DNA from: a virus
Length of the DNA: 38,953 bases
Reading direction: 5' to 3' (one strand)
IMG/VR virus record: IMGVR_UViG_3300045988_176666
Part shown: positions 16,814 through 24,033 of the stretch, piece by piece
How the letters are laid out: each line of letters opens with the position of its first letter
Position numbering within the stretch: position 1 is the stretch's first letter
Program-made: the position numbers and the translations under genes
Notes under the pieces: generated by a model
Database searches by the model: none
The model's input: the letters and a program-made list of their open reading frames with translations, nothing else
What the model was told of the DNA's origin: nothing

Positions 16814-16965
16814 CACAGCACCACGACGACCACATATGGATAAAAACCGAATACGCAATACAACCAACACCAGAGGAAATAACAACCATCCTCAAACACA
16901 TAAAAAAATACTATCCAGAAGCAACAAAACCTAACCAAACCCCAAGAACAGGACAAGAAAAATGA
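16804..16965 (+). CDS. Possible small protein (53 aa)
   Basis: MGITQHHDDHIWIKTEYAIQPTPEEITTILKHIKKYYPEATKPNQ... It fills an otherwise empty 150-nt gap, and its TGA overlaps the ATG at 16962. Confidence 0.35.
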   Translation: MGITQHHDDHIWIKTEYAIQPTPEEITTILKHIKKYYPEATKPNQTPRTGQEK

Positions 16966-17543
16966 CCACCACAGAAGCCCCATTCGTAAACGTACTCATG
17001 CTCCCAAACTGGGGACAATACCACCCCCTAGACCCGATCCGCGCAGTATTCTACGAAGGCACCCTCTACATCCTCACACAAGACATCGACAACGCCCTAC
17101 AAAAACCAGGACACGGCCACACCCTCACAGGCATACCAAAAGAACACCGCCGCCGATTCACCATCCACAGAACCGCCAAACGCAACGGAGAACGCTCCAA
17201 CAAATTCACCGCAGTAACCACCACCGCCCTACAAACACGCTTCGAGAGCATGCGAGGACTACACCCACAACTAAAAGCAAACATGCTCTCATGGATAAAA
17301 ACCATAGCCTCCGGCGGCCTCCTAAAAATAGCAACATGGCACCAACCCACCGCCACCGGATGGGAAAACCACAAAGTCGAAGTCAAAAAAACAGGCATCG
17401 AATCCACCCACCCCGGCGAATGGGCCGTAGACTGCACCACATGCGACTACTACCTAGAATTCCCAAACCACCCCGGAGCGCTCGCGTTCGCAACTCAGCA
17501 CGCCGCCAATCATGCGTACCACGTAGGAGTAGAAAATGAATAG
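16962..17543 (+). CDS. Hypothetical protein, possible BRO-N/antirepressor-like N-terminal domain
   Basis: 193 aa. PIRAVFYEGTLYILTQDIDNALQ ... LKANMLSWIKTI loosely follows the BRO-N pattern. Weak call. Confidence 0.3.
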   Translation: MTTTEAPFVNVLMLPNWGQYHPLDPIRAVFYEGTLYILTQDIDNALQKPGHGHTLTGIPKEHRRRFTIHRTAKRNGERSNKFTAVTTTALQTRFESMRGLHPQLKANMLSWIKTIASGGLLKIATWHQPTATGWENHKVEVKKTGIESTHPGEWAVDCTTCDYYLEFPNHPGALAFATQHAANHAYHVGVENE

Positions 17544-17859
17544 TCTGGAGAACATGTTCGCTCGCAGGGCCGAGAAGACATCGGAGGCTATTTGCGAGAC
17601 AGTGCGTGATAGTTGGCCTGCACGCCGCTGTAATTTACATGATGGACTGGAAAATTTCGACAATCTCATGGAGAGCGTCTACTCAGTGACGAGCAATGTA
17701 GATAGAATTTGGGAATCCATCGACAGGATGAATTTTCCAGAGCATCTGAAAGAAACAGCGCTGGATTTGGTAGGCACTTCACATGCTTTGCAGAGCAAAC
17801 TGTATCCCCGCTGGATGAGCGCAAAAGGCCAGCGCGAGGAGGGGTGGGAGAAAGAGTGA
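17536..17859 (+). CDS. Hypothetical protein (107 aa)
   Basis: ORF overlapping the upstream stop; marks the start of the lower-GC segment. Confidence 0.5.
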   Translation: MNSLENMFARRAEKTSEAICETVRDSWPARRCNLHDGLENFDNLMESVYSVTSNVDRIWESIDRMNFPEHLKETALDLVGTSHALQSKLYPRWMSAKGQREEGWEKE

Positions 17860-18236
17860 TCGTAGAACCAAAAATGGTGCTTAGAGTAGTCGTTCGTGGA
17901 AATGAGATAACTCACGAAGGAACGTTCACAGACTATACAGCATACCTGGTCGGCAAGGACGATAACGCAGTACTGGCAGAGGCAACATGGCGAACAGCGC
18001 TTTTGCTCAAAGGATTCTTAGTGAAGGAACTGAGCGTACACCTGCCTAGCATGACAGTTTTACCGCAAGAAGTCCTACATGGCCGGGTCTGGGAATTCTC
18101 ATGCAGGGGCCTACGGTCAATGTCTCGCAAGGTAGCTGAGGAAATAGCCAGAACATGGAATCGCACCTATTGGGGATTGGCCAGGATCGACCAAGACGCA
18201 ATAGAAATACACCAACCACTAGTACCCATAAGGTAG
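17856..18236 (+). CDS. Hypothetical protein (126 aa)
   Basis: The track ORF 17709..18236 was trimmed to the in-frame GTG at 17856 (GTGA overlap; ggagg/gggag upstream). Confidence 0.45.
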   Translation: MIVEPKMVLRVVVRGNEITHEGTFTDYTAYLVGKDDNAVLAEATWRTALLLKGFLVKELSVHLPSMTVLPQEVLHGRVWEFSCRGLRSMSRKVAEEIARTWNRTYWGLARIDQDAIEIHQPLVPIR

Positions 18237-18245
18237 GAGACGACG

Positions 18246-18647
18246 ATGAAAAAATACTATGCACCTATCGAAGGCGCAAAACTGGAGCACATAGTACGCG
18301 ATCTGCCCTTCACTCTCGGCAACGTCCTGAAATACGTTTGGCGGGCACCCTATAAAGGTGGGGCAGAAGATTGTATAAAGGCGTTGGATTACCTGCTGAT
18401 ATTCCAAAAGGCACCCCGTAAGTACAACCTGACTAAAACCGCGCAGGACGCAATTCACAATATTCTAGTAACTTTCCCAGACGGTGATTCAGAAGAGACT
18501 GAAGACATTCACCGCTGTGCAGCACGACAGACATTAGCTTTCATCAATAACAGCGAAGACAAAGTAGACAACGAAGAGTTGGGGGAAGCTAAAGACAGAA
18601 TTATTAGGTTACTTATCGGTATGCACGATGTAGAAAGCAGTAGATAA
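18246..18647 (+). CDS. DUF3310-like phage protein
   Basis: GNVLKYVWRAPYKGGAEDCIKALDYL matches the conserved G-N-x-x-K-Y-x-x-R...K...ED..KA..Y core of DUF3310. Confidence 0.55.
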   Translation: MKKYYAPIEGAKLEHIVRDLPFTLGNVLKYVWRAPYKGGAEDCIKALDYLLIFQKAPRKYNLTKTAQDAIHNILVTFPDGDSEETEDIHRCAARQTLAFINNSEDKVDNEELGEAKDRIIRLLIGMHDVESSR

Positions 18648-18823
18648 TGTTGGCCGCAATAATTATTGTCACAGCAATTATGATCATCCTGTGTTTTTCT
18701 GCAGCAGTAGGTATCGCCTGCTACGCGATATTCAAATACACCCTGTACAGAACCCGCCTACAAATCGGAAAAGACCCCCGCACAGGAAAATGGATAAACC
18801 TACCAACCGAAAGGACAAAATAG
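18647..18823 (+). CDS. Small membrane protein (58 aa)
   Basis: MLAAIIIVTAIMIILCFSAAVGIACYAIFKY... Not in the ORF track. TAATG overlap upstream. Confidence 0.4.
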   Translation: MLAAIIIVTAIMIILCFSAAVGIACYAIFKYTLYRTRLQIGKDPRTGKWINLPTERTK

Positions 18824-19362
18824 TGGAAAACGTAAATAACCGCCTCCAAGACATGCGAGACGCGCTGGAAGAGATACAGGAAGTTGAGAAAAGGCTAAAT
18901 CTGAACGGCGAAATCTCAAATGCAGTGCAGGGAATCATAATTGACGCAACGAATATGTTCAACAAAGAGATAGATAAGATAGTCTCCGAAGCAGAAGATA
19001 TTCAAGAAGAGCTGCACCGAGCCAAAGAGTATCTAGAAAATAATCCCGAAACAGCCCTAGTCTCAATCTCCCGCGCATACAAAAAAGTAACGAATATAGC
19101 CCTCACCGAAAAAATCAGGGACGACGGCGCTCGCTACATCTTCACCCCTGAACAAGAAGAAGAATCTGAAAAATCTCAGATTGATCAGATACTAGACGAC
19201 CTCGCCAAAAACCTTGAGACCATCGGAGCTATAGCATCCCACGCACCCGAAGACAAGAAGAAATTCTTAACCGATGTACACCAAGACGCTAGTGACTGCA
19301 TCGCAGCACTGCCAGGCTGGATAGAGGCGGAAATTAAAAAGGCAAAGGGGACAGGGAAATAA
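18790..19362 (+). CDS. Acidic coiled-coil protein
   Basis: The track ORF was trimmed to the ATG at 18790; the GTG at 18823 is an alternative start. Glu/Asp-rich helical sequence. Confidence 0.5.
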   Translation: MDKPTNRKDKIVENVNNRLQDMRDALEEIQEVEKRLNLNGEISNAVQGIIIDATNMFNKEIDKIVSEAEDIQEELHRAKEYLENNPETALVSISRAYKKVTNIALTEKIRDDGARYIFTPEQEEESEKSQIDQILDDLAKNLETIGAIASHAPEDKKKFLTDVHQDASDCIAALPGWIEAEIKKAKGTGK

Positions 19363-19610
19363 TGACACATGGGCAAAAAGTAAGGAACTGGATACTAAAA
19401 GCATTTGAAAAAGAGTATCCAGACATGGAGCTAATTAGCTATACAGCTGAAAAACATAAAATATTCAGCAGCTACAACGTTGTTATCAAAGCCGAAGGTG
19501 CGACGGAAAATACGGTAGTACACATGAGCATATATCCTGATAACCCTAGAGGCGTTGAATATCAAATTGATAAAGAATTTCACTGTATGAAAGGAAGGGA
19601 GAGCAAATAA
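19362..19610 (+). CDS. Hypothetical protein (82 aa)
   Basis: TAATG coupling at both ends. Confidence 0.5.
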   Translation: MTHGQKVRNWILKAFEKEYPDMELISYTAEKHKIFSSYNVVIKAEGATENTVVHMSIYPDNPRGVEYQIDKEFHCMKGRESK

Positions 19611-19888
19611 TGCTTTCAGAAATATATCTTGCAAAAGAAATCCAGAAAAAAGCTGACATGCTCGAAGAAGCAGCTGAGGATAAAAACACTGAGGAAATGG
19701 AAATTGAGCTAATAGCACACGACATTTCCATTAGCGGAGAACTTCTATCTGCGAAGTTGGAATTAATATCTGAACAGCTTGGTTTAGCAGCACTCCTGCT
19801 GGAATCCGCAGAAAAACTAGAAGACCCTGATCTGCTGAAAAGAATTATTGTCGCAGTCTCAAGAATCTTTGGAAGGATTAATAAGTAG
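19610..19888 (+). CDS. Small acidic helical protein (92 aa)
   Basis: About 19 Asp/Glu versus about 11 Lys/Arg; lies immediately upstream of the methylase. Confidence 0.5.
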   Translation: MLSEIYLAKEIQKKADMLEEAAEDKNTEEMEIELIAHDISISGELLSAKLELISEQLGLAALLLESAEKLEDPDLLKRIIVAVSRIFGRINK

Positions 19889-19889
19889 C

Positions 19890-20393
19890 ATGTTTCCACA
19901 GCGAGGTAACAGCGGTGACGTGTGGCTTACCCCCCCCCATATCACTAAACAGCTAGGGCCATTTGATTTAGACCCATGCGCACCATTACAAAACCCACAC
20001 TGGATAGGTGCAGACAAACACTTCACCGAGCAGCACGACGGGCTGTTGCAGCCGTGGGAGGGGCGCGTATGGCTAAACCCGCCATATGGTCGAGGGATAG
20101 AGAAGTGGCTAGAGAAAATGGCACTCCATGTCGAGGCGGGCGGTTCAGGAATAGCTTTGATCTTCGCCCGCACGGACACAGCAGCATGGCAAGAACATAT
20201 CTTCCCTGTTGCAGATAGCATCTACTGGATTCGTGGTCGCCTCAAATTCTACAGACCAGACGGAACCCCCGGCGATCATCCAGCTGGGGCACCATCCGCT
20301 CTCATCGCCTACACATACAAAGACACTGATTATTTGCACGGCATACGAGGCAAAATCCCAGGAGCAATGACCATCAACGCATATGAAAACTGA
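19890..20393 (+). CDS. Phage-type DNA N6-adenine methyltransferase (Dam family)
   Basis: The track ORF was trimmed to the ATG at 19890. DVWLTPPHI...FDLDPCA...WLNPPYGRGIEKWLEKM...ALIFARTDTAAWQ...IRGRLKF follows the phage Dam (PF05869-type) layout with the NPPY catalytic motif. Confidence 0.8.
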   Translation: MFPQRGNSGDVWLTPPHITKQLGPFDLDPCAPLQNPHWIGADKHFTEQHDGLLQPWEGRVWLNPPYGRGIEKWLEKMALHVEAGGSGIALIFARTDTAAWQEHIFPVADSIYWIRGRLKFYRPDGTPGDHPAGAPSALIAYTYKDTDYLHGIRGKIPGAMTINAYEN

Positions 20394-20838
20394 AACAGTA
20401 CATGACACTATCCGCAGCACCGCAGAGATAGCAGCATGTATGACCATAATATTCAGCTACCTAGCATTTCTCACAGTCGAGCATGAGCAGCTGAGCAGAA
20501 ATTTAGTCAATGCAGCTATTGGCTCTGCGGGGACAGCAGTAGTTTTTACCGCAACAGTATTCATCATTGCAATCACGAAACGGAGGAAGCGAAAAAGAAT
20601 GAAAGAAACTTTAGCAAGTCCTTTTAGCAATGAAACAAAAATCATCGTAAGACTAAGGAACGTTCACAAAGTCAGTGAGACAGAGACCTTGGAGGAGGCG
20701 TGGTCGTTACCAGATTTGAAAGTTTTCAGGGCAACGATCATAGAATACGCGGACGGAGAGAAAAAATACCTCCTAGAAGCACTTGAGCTAGACAAATTTA
20801 ACGAAAGGATCATAGATGAAATCGGTAAACCCGCATAG
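20383..20838 (+). CDS. Membrane protein (151 aa, two TM helices plus soluble C-terminal domain)
   Basis: IAACMTIIFSYLAFLTV and AIGSAGTAVVFTATVFIIAI, followed by KRRKRKR. Confidence 0.5.
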   Translation: MKTETVHDTIRSTAEIAACMTIIFSYLAFLTVEHEQLSRNLVNAAIGSAGTAVVFTATVFIIAITKRRKRKRMKETLASPFSNETKIIVRLRNVHKVSETETLEEAWSLPDLKVFRATIIEYADGEKKYLLEALELDKFNERIIDEIGKPA

Positions 20839-20887
20839 GCCCCGCGTATTCGGTGACCCTACGGTTTTCGAGGGGAGGATAGAGTAA

Positions 20888-21397
20888 ATGCCTCAGCTCT
20901 GCGGCGGCTGCCTGCATGAGAAGCCGTGTAACACTCCAAAATGCGGTGCCTGTTATGCACGAAACCGCTACTACAAGATACATGGTAAGCCATATATCGA
21001 ACGCGGTGTGGAGAAGAAAGAAGGCGAGCCAAAACCAGCTAAAGCGCCGGTAGTATGCAAGGGCTGCGGGACCCCTATGGAGAAGCCAAACGCCGAATGC
21101 AAAACATGCAGAGACCGAGAAAAACATCGGGGAAACAGCATTGTAAAACCGCGCAAATGCTCGGCCTGCGGCTGCCCCATAGAAAACCTAAAACCCGGCT
21201 GTAAAACCTGCTCTAACAGGAACAAAAACCGCAAATTCTCAGGGCGGCCGCTCCTAACGCCTCTGCCCATTCCAGAACCACCTCCAGCCAAGCCTCGCCC
21301 AGCATCACCTCTAGTTGTCAAAGACCCAGGACTTATGAGTTACCTAGCTGCCAGAAGGGAGCGACTAGGTAAAAGGAAAGGAAAACAAGAAAAATGA
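20888..21397 (+). CDS. Triple zinc-ribbon protein with basic, proline-rich tail
   Basis: Three tandem C-x2-C-x8-13-C-x2-C modules, each followed by a basic patch: CGGC..C..KCGACYARNRYYK; CKGCGTPMEKPNAECKTCRDREKHR; CSACGCPIENLKPGCKTCSNRNKNRK. Confidence 0.6.
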   Translation: MPQLCGGCLHEKPCNTPKCGACYARNRYYKIHGKPYIERGVEKKEGEPKPAKAPVVCKGCGTPMEKPNAECKTCRDREKHRGNSIVKPRKCSACGCPIENLKPGCKTCSNRNKNRKFSGRPLLTPLPIPEPPPAKPRPASPLVVKDPGLMSYLAARRERLGKRKGKQEK

Positions 21398-22320
21398 CTG
21401 AATTCATCATCGAAGCAGCCGAGCTAACACCGGCTCTACGCGCCCTAGCACCGCTCACCCGCAACCTCCAGAAGGGCGAACCTGTAGAGGGCAAAGCATG
21501 TGAGATGATCTATTGCCGTTTCACACATGAGGGAGAGCTCCTACTGGTCACAGCAGACCACCTCTTCCAGACAGCAGCAGCTATCAAATTGCCTATCAGT
21601 GGGTTTGACGGCGACATGTGCGAATTTGCTATAGGCCGTGAAAAAATCAAGCAAATCACGAACGTTTTCAAGCCGTACAAGGATGATCCGCTACCTGTGC
21701 GTGTCACCGTTGACCGCCTCCACACATCGCTCGGAAAAATGGAAGATGTTATCACGTTCACCGAGTTAGACACGCTGCACTCCCCCGCTTCACTCTCATT
21801 CGCCGGTGAGGAATACCAGGAAATCCCATACCGTCAAATCCTCAAGAGCTTAGGTAAAATTCGCCGTGCTCACGCTACACCTCTCGGCGGGGTCCTCAAC
21901 CCAGAAACATATGGAAAGCTCGCGTATGCAGCAAGGACGTATAGCGTTGATGCAACAGTGGCAGCAGGGAATGCGATATACACGCTTCTAGGAGACCGGA
22001 TGATAGCGGTAACAGGGCTGCACGAAATCGCAGGGGAAAAGTCGCAGATGCACATGCATACGCAGCTGGCTATACTCTCGGAGCAAATGGAAATCATCGC
22101 AGACCAGATTGAAGGCACCGATCCGTTAGAAATGGACGACGAAGAGCGAACGCCCGCCACCAACGATGACGCAGGGGAATCTCTCAGAGAGAGCGCGAAA
22201 CAATTTTCGGCTTGGCTCCACGAAGAGAAAAAAGAATTAGCCGAATCTGTATCAAATTCAATACAGGAAATAAGGACTCCAACACAGGACGAATTCGGTC
22301 TAGCACCGGATAGAGAGTAG
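21394..22320 (+). CDS. Hypothetical protein, possibly sliding-clamp (DnaN)-like fold with acidic C-terminal tail
   Basis: 308 aa. The N-terminus FIIEAAELTPALRALAPLTRN...GELLLVTADHLFQTAAAIKLP resembles the DnaN domain-1 pattern, and EEYQEIPYRQILKS resembles the F-P-D-Y-x-x-V-L-P linker motif. Weak call. Confidence 0.3.
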   Translation: MTEFIIEAAELTPALRALAPLTRNLQKGEPVEGKACEMIYCRFTHEGELLLVTADHLFQTAAAIKLPISGFDGDMCEFAIGREKIKQITNVFKPYKDDPLPVRVTVDRLHTSLGKMEDVITFTELDTLHSPASLSFAGEEYQEIPYRQILKSLGKIRRAHATPLGGVLNPETYGKLAYAARTYSVDATVAAGNAIYTLLGDRMIAVTGLHEIAGEKSQMHMHTQLAILSEQMEIIADQIEGTDPLEMDDEERTPATNDDAGESLRESAKQFSAWLHEEKKELAESVSNSIQEIRTPTQDEFGLAPDRE

Positions 22321-22340
22321 CAAAAATGCTATAACGACTT

Positions 22341-22376
22341 GCACAAGACTGTATCATATGTGATACAGTCTTGTGC
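22341..22376. promoter_or_regulatory. 36-bp palindrome (16-bp perfect arms, 4-nt centre) containing operator-like O3 ctGTATCA-tatg-TGATACag at 22349-22368
   Basis: gcacaagactgtatca-tatg-tgatacagtcttgtgc. The core is identical in geometry and half-site sequence to O1/O2 of the immunity region. Confidence 0.6.
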
Positions 22377-22409
22377 AGGACATAGAAAATTTAGAAAGAA
22401 AGCAAATTT

Positions 22410-24014
22410 ATGCCGTGGCTTAAAGTCTCAGATACCGCGATGCAGAACAGCATCGTGCGCCGCGCATTAGACCTCCCACACGCTAATGCCGAGTACGTAT
22501 ACACGCTATTCGGCGTCATGCTCGGATGTGCTGTCGAAGCCGCAGCCCTAAAAGCCGATTACGTGATCGAGCGGAACTCCATTGCAGCGAAAGTTGGATT
22601 AGACCGCTGCGACCAAATCATCCAAGACGCCATTACATGCGGGTACATCACCCATGAAGTGCAACTAAAAAACGGAATTCGCGCATACAAACTCGTCGAG
22701 GATGAAGACCTCTTCCACATGCGCCTCAAGAGCGAGATTGACTGGGAAAATCGCCGCCGCAACGATACCCGCAGTAAATCCCTTATTGTTCCTATCCGTG
22801 TGCGCGACGGCGACGCCTGCCGATGGTGCGGCCGCGTCGTGTATTGGGGAGACCAAAAATCAGCACGCGGCGGAACATATGACCACCTGCACCCTACGCA
22901 GCCTGCAGAGAAAGCTAGTGACATGGTTGTCGCTTGCCGCTCCTGCAACTCAGCGCGTAAGGATAATACCGAATGGGGCGGAAAGCTGTTGCCGCCTCCG
23001 TCTAAGCCCTACTACGGGCGAAAGACCGTCGAGTTTCTGGCAGAGAACGACGTAATTGTCGCTCTATCTCCAGAAAGTGAAAAACCCACTGTGCCCGCTG
23101 CGCAATTTCTGCAGTCAGGGTTGGCAGCTGGAGAACCTGAGGGGTCGAAGAACCCGCAGGGGGAAGACGGTGTGGTGTGTGCGATCACTGAGGAGGCATC
23201 CTCGGTTCGATCCCGCCAAACTGAAAATTCCCTTGTGTTGAGTGCTCCCCCGAACGGCGAATCAGCTGTGAATCGCACTCAGAGAGAGCCTGCGGAAAGT
23301 GGGAACGCCACCACCGATTCAGAAAAACAAATTATTTCTGAATGGTTAGCCGATTTGGACCAGCAGAAACGGGACGCCGAAGAAGCAACCGCCAAGGAAG
23401 CGCCGCCGAGAGCTCAGGATGAGGGGGACGCCCCACACCCCGAACAATCGGACCGGGATAGTTGGCACCCCGCATATCGGATACCTGATGAAACAGTACC
23501 AGATGCGACCCCGCAGGGGGAAGACGGTGTGGTGTGTGCGATCACTGAGGAGGCATCCTCGGTTCGATCCCGCCAAACTGAAAATTCCACTACGGTTGAT
23601 GTCCCTGAATCTGTTTCATCAGGTGCCCGATGTAAACGTCGCCGGAAACGGCGGCGTATAAGACAGAAAGACCCCGCCGCGCCTGTCTCACCTATTGGAA
23701 TGAGTCAGCACTCCGAATTACTCCGAATTCCTCCCAATCCGCAGGGTGACGGATACGGATGTGCCGGGTCGGGTCGGGACGGTACCGAAACCAAAACCCA
23801 AGGTGACATATCGTTACCTCCTGTTGCTGCGCCTGAAAATCCTCCCAATTCCTCCGAATTACTCCGAATTCCTCCCAATCCGCAGGGTGACGGATACGGA
23901 TGTGCCGGGTCGGGTCGGGACGGTACCGCAACCAAAAACATAACTAGCTCTTCTCGAAAACGCAGGAGAGGTAAGAGGAAAGGAAAAGTAAGTAATGCGT
24001 GCAGCACAGTTTAG
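22410..24014 (+). CDS. HNH-motif protein with N-terminal putative DNA-binding domain and long repetitive, disordered C-terminal half; candidate replication initiator/organiser
   Basis: 534 aa. HNH/zinc motif CRWCGRVVYWGD...YDHLHP...VVACRSCNSARKDN. The C-terminal half is acidic with two poly-basic patches (CKRRRKRRRIRQK, RKRRRGKRKGK) and two pairs of exact repeats. Confidence 0.6.
   Translation: MPWLKVSDTAMQNSIVRRALDLPHANAEYVYTLFGVMLGCAVEAAALKADYVIERNSIAAKVGLDRCDQIIQDAITCGYITHEVQLKNGIRAYKLVEDEDLFHMRLKSEIDWENRRRNDTRSKSLIVPIRVRDGDACRWCGRVVYWGDQKSARGGTYDHLHPTQPAEKASDMVVACRSCNSARKDNTEWGGKLLPPPSKPYYGRKTVEFLAENDVIVALSPESEKPTVPAAQFLQSGLAAGEPEGSKNPQGEDGVVCAITEEASSVRSRQTENSLVLSAPPNGESAVNRTQREPAESGNATTDSEKQIISEWLADLDQQKRDAEEATAKEAPPRAQDEGDAPHPEQSDRDSWHPAYRIPDETVPDATPQGEDGVVCAITEEASSVRSRQTENSTTVDVPESVSSGARCKRRRKRRRIRQKDPAAPVSPIGMSQHSELLRIPPNPQGDGYGCAGSGRDGTETKTQGDISLPPVAAPENPPNSSELLRIPPNPQGDGYGCAGSGRDGTATKNITSSSRKRRRGKRKGKVSNACSTV
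23153..23231 (+). repeat. Repeat R1 copy a (79 nt)
   Basis: Identical at 79/79 positions to 23510-23588; encodes PQGEDGVVCAITEEASSVRSRQTENS. Confidence 0.95.
23510..23588 (+). repeat. Repeat R1 copy b (79 nt)
   Basis: Exact copy of 23153-23231, offset by 357 nt (in frame). Confidence 0.95.
23711..23787 (+). repeat. Repeat R2 copy a (77 nt)
   Basis: Identical at 77/77 positions to 23852-23928; encodes SELLRIPPNPQGDGYGCAGSGRDGT. Contains internal ctccgaatt x2 and gggtc x2 sub-repeats. Confidence 0.95.
23852..23928 (+). repeat. Repeat R2 copy b (77 nt)
   Basis: Exact copy of 23711-23787, offset by 141 nt (in frame). Confidence 0.95.
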
Positions 24015-24033
24015 GAAGACTCAAGCACGAGAT

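Noticed and set aside
20810-21127. 105-aa minus-strand ORF with hydrophobic, TM-like segments
   Set aside because: It lies antisense to the triple zinc-ribbon gene, whose regular CxxC periodicity strongly supports the + frame. It has no RBS or promoter signal.
23190-23215. tRNA T-arm-like string cctcggttcgatcccgcc inside repeat R1
   Set aside because: Only 3 bp of T-stem can pair around TTCGATC, and no acceptor, D or anticodon arms can be drawn from the flanks. It was read as coding sequence (SSVRSRQ).
23153-23928. R1/R2 repeat pairs as a diversity-generating retroelement (TR/VR) or a CRISPR-like array
   Set aside because: There is no reverse transcriptase anywhere in the genome. The copies are identical rather than differing at adenines. 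There are only two copies of each, they are in frame inside an ORF, and spacing is irregular.
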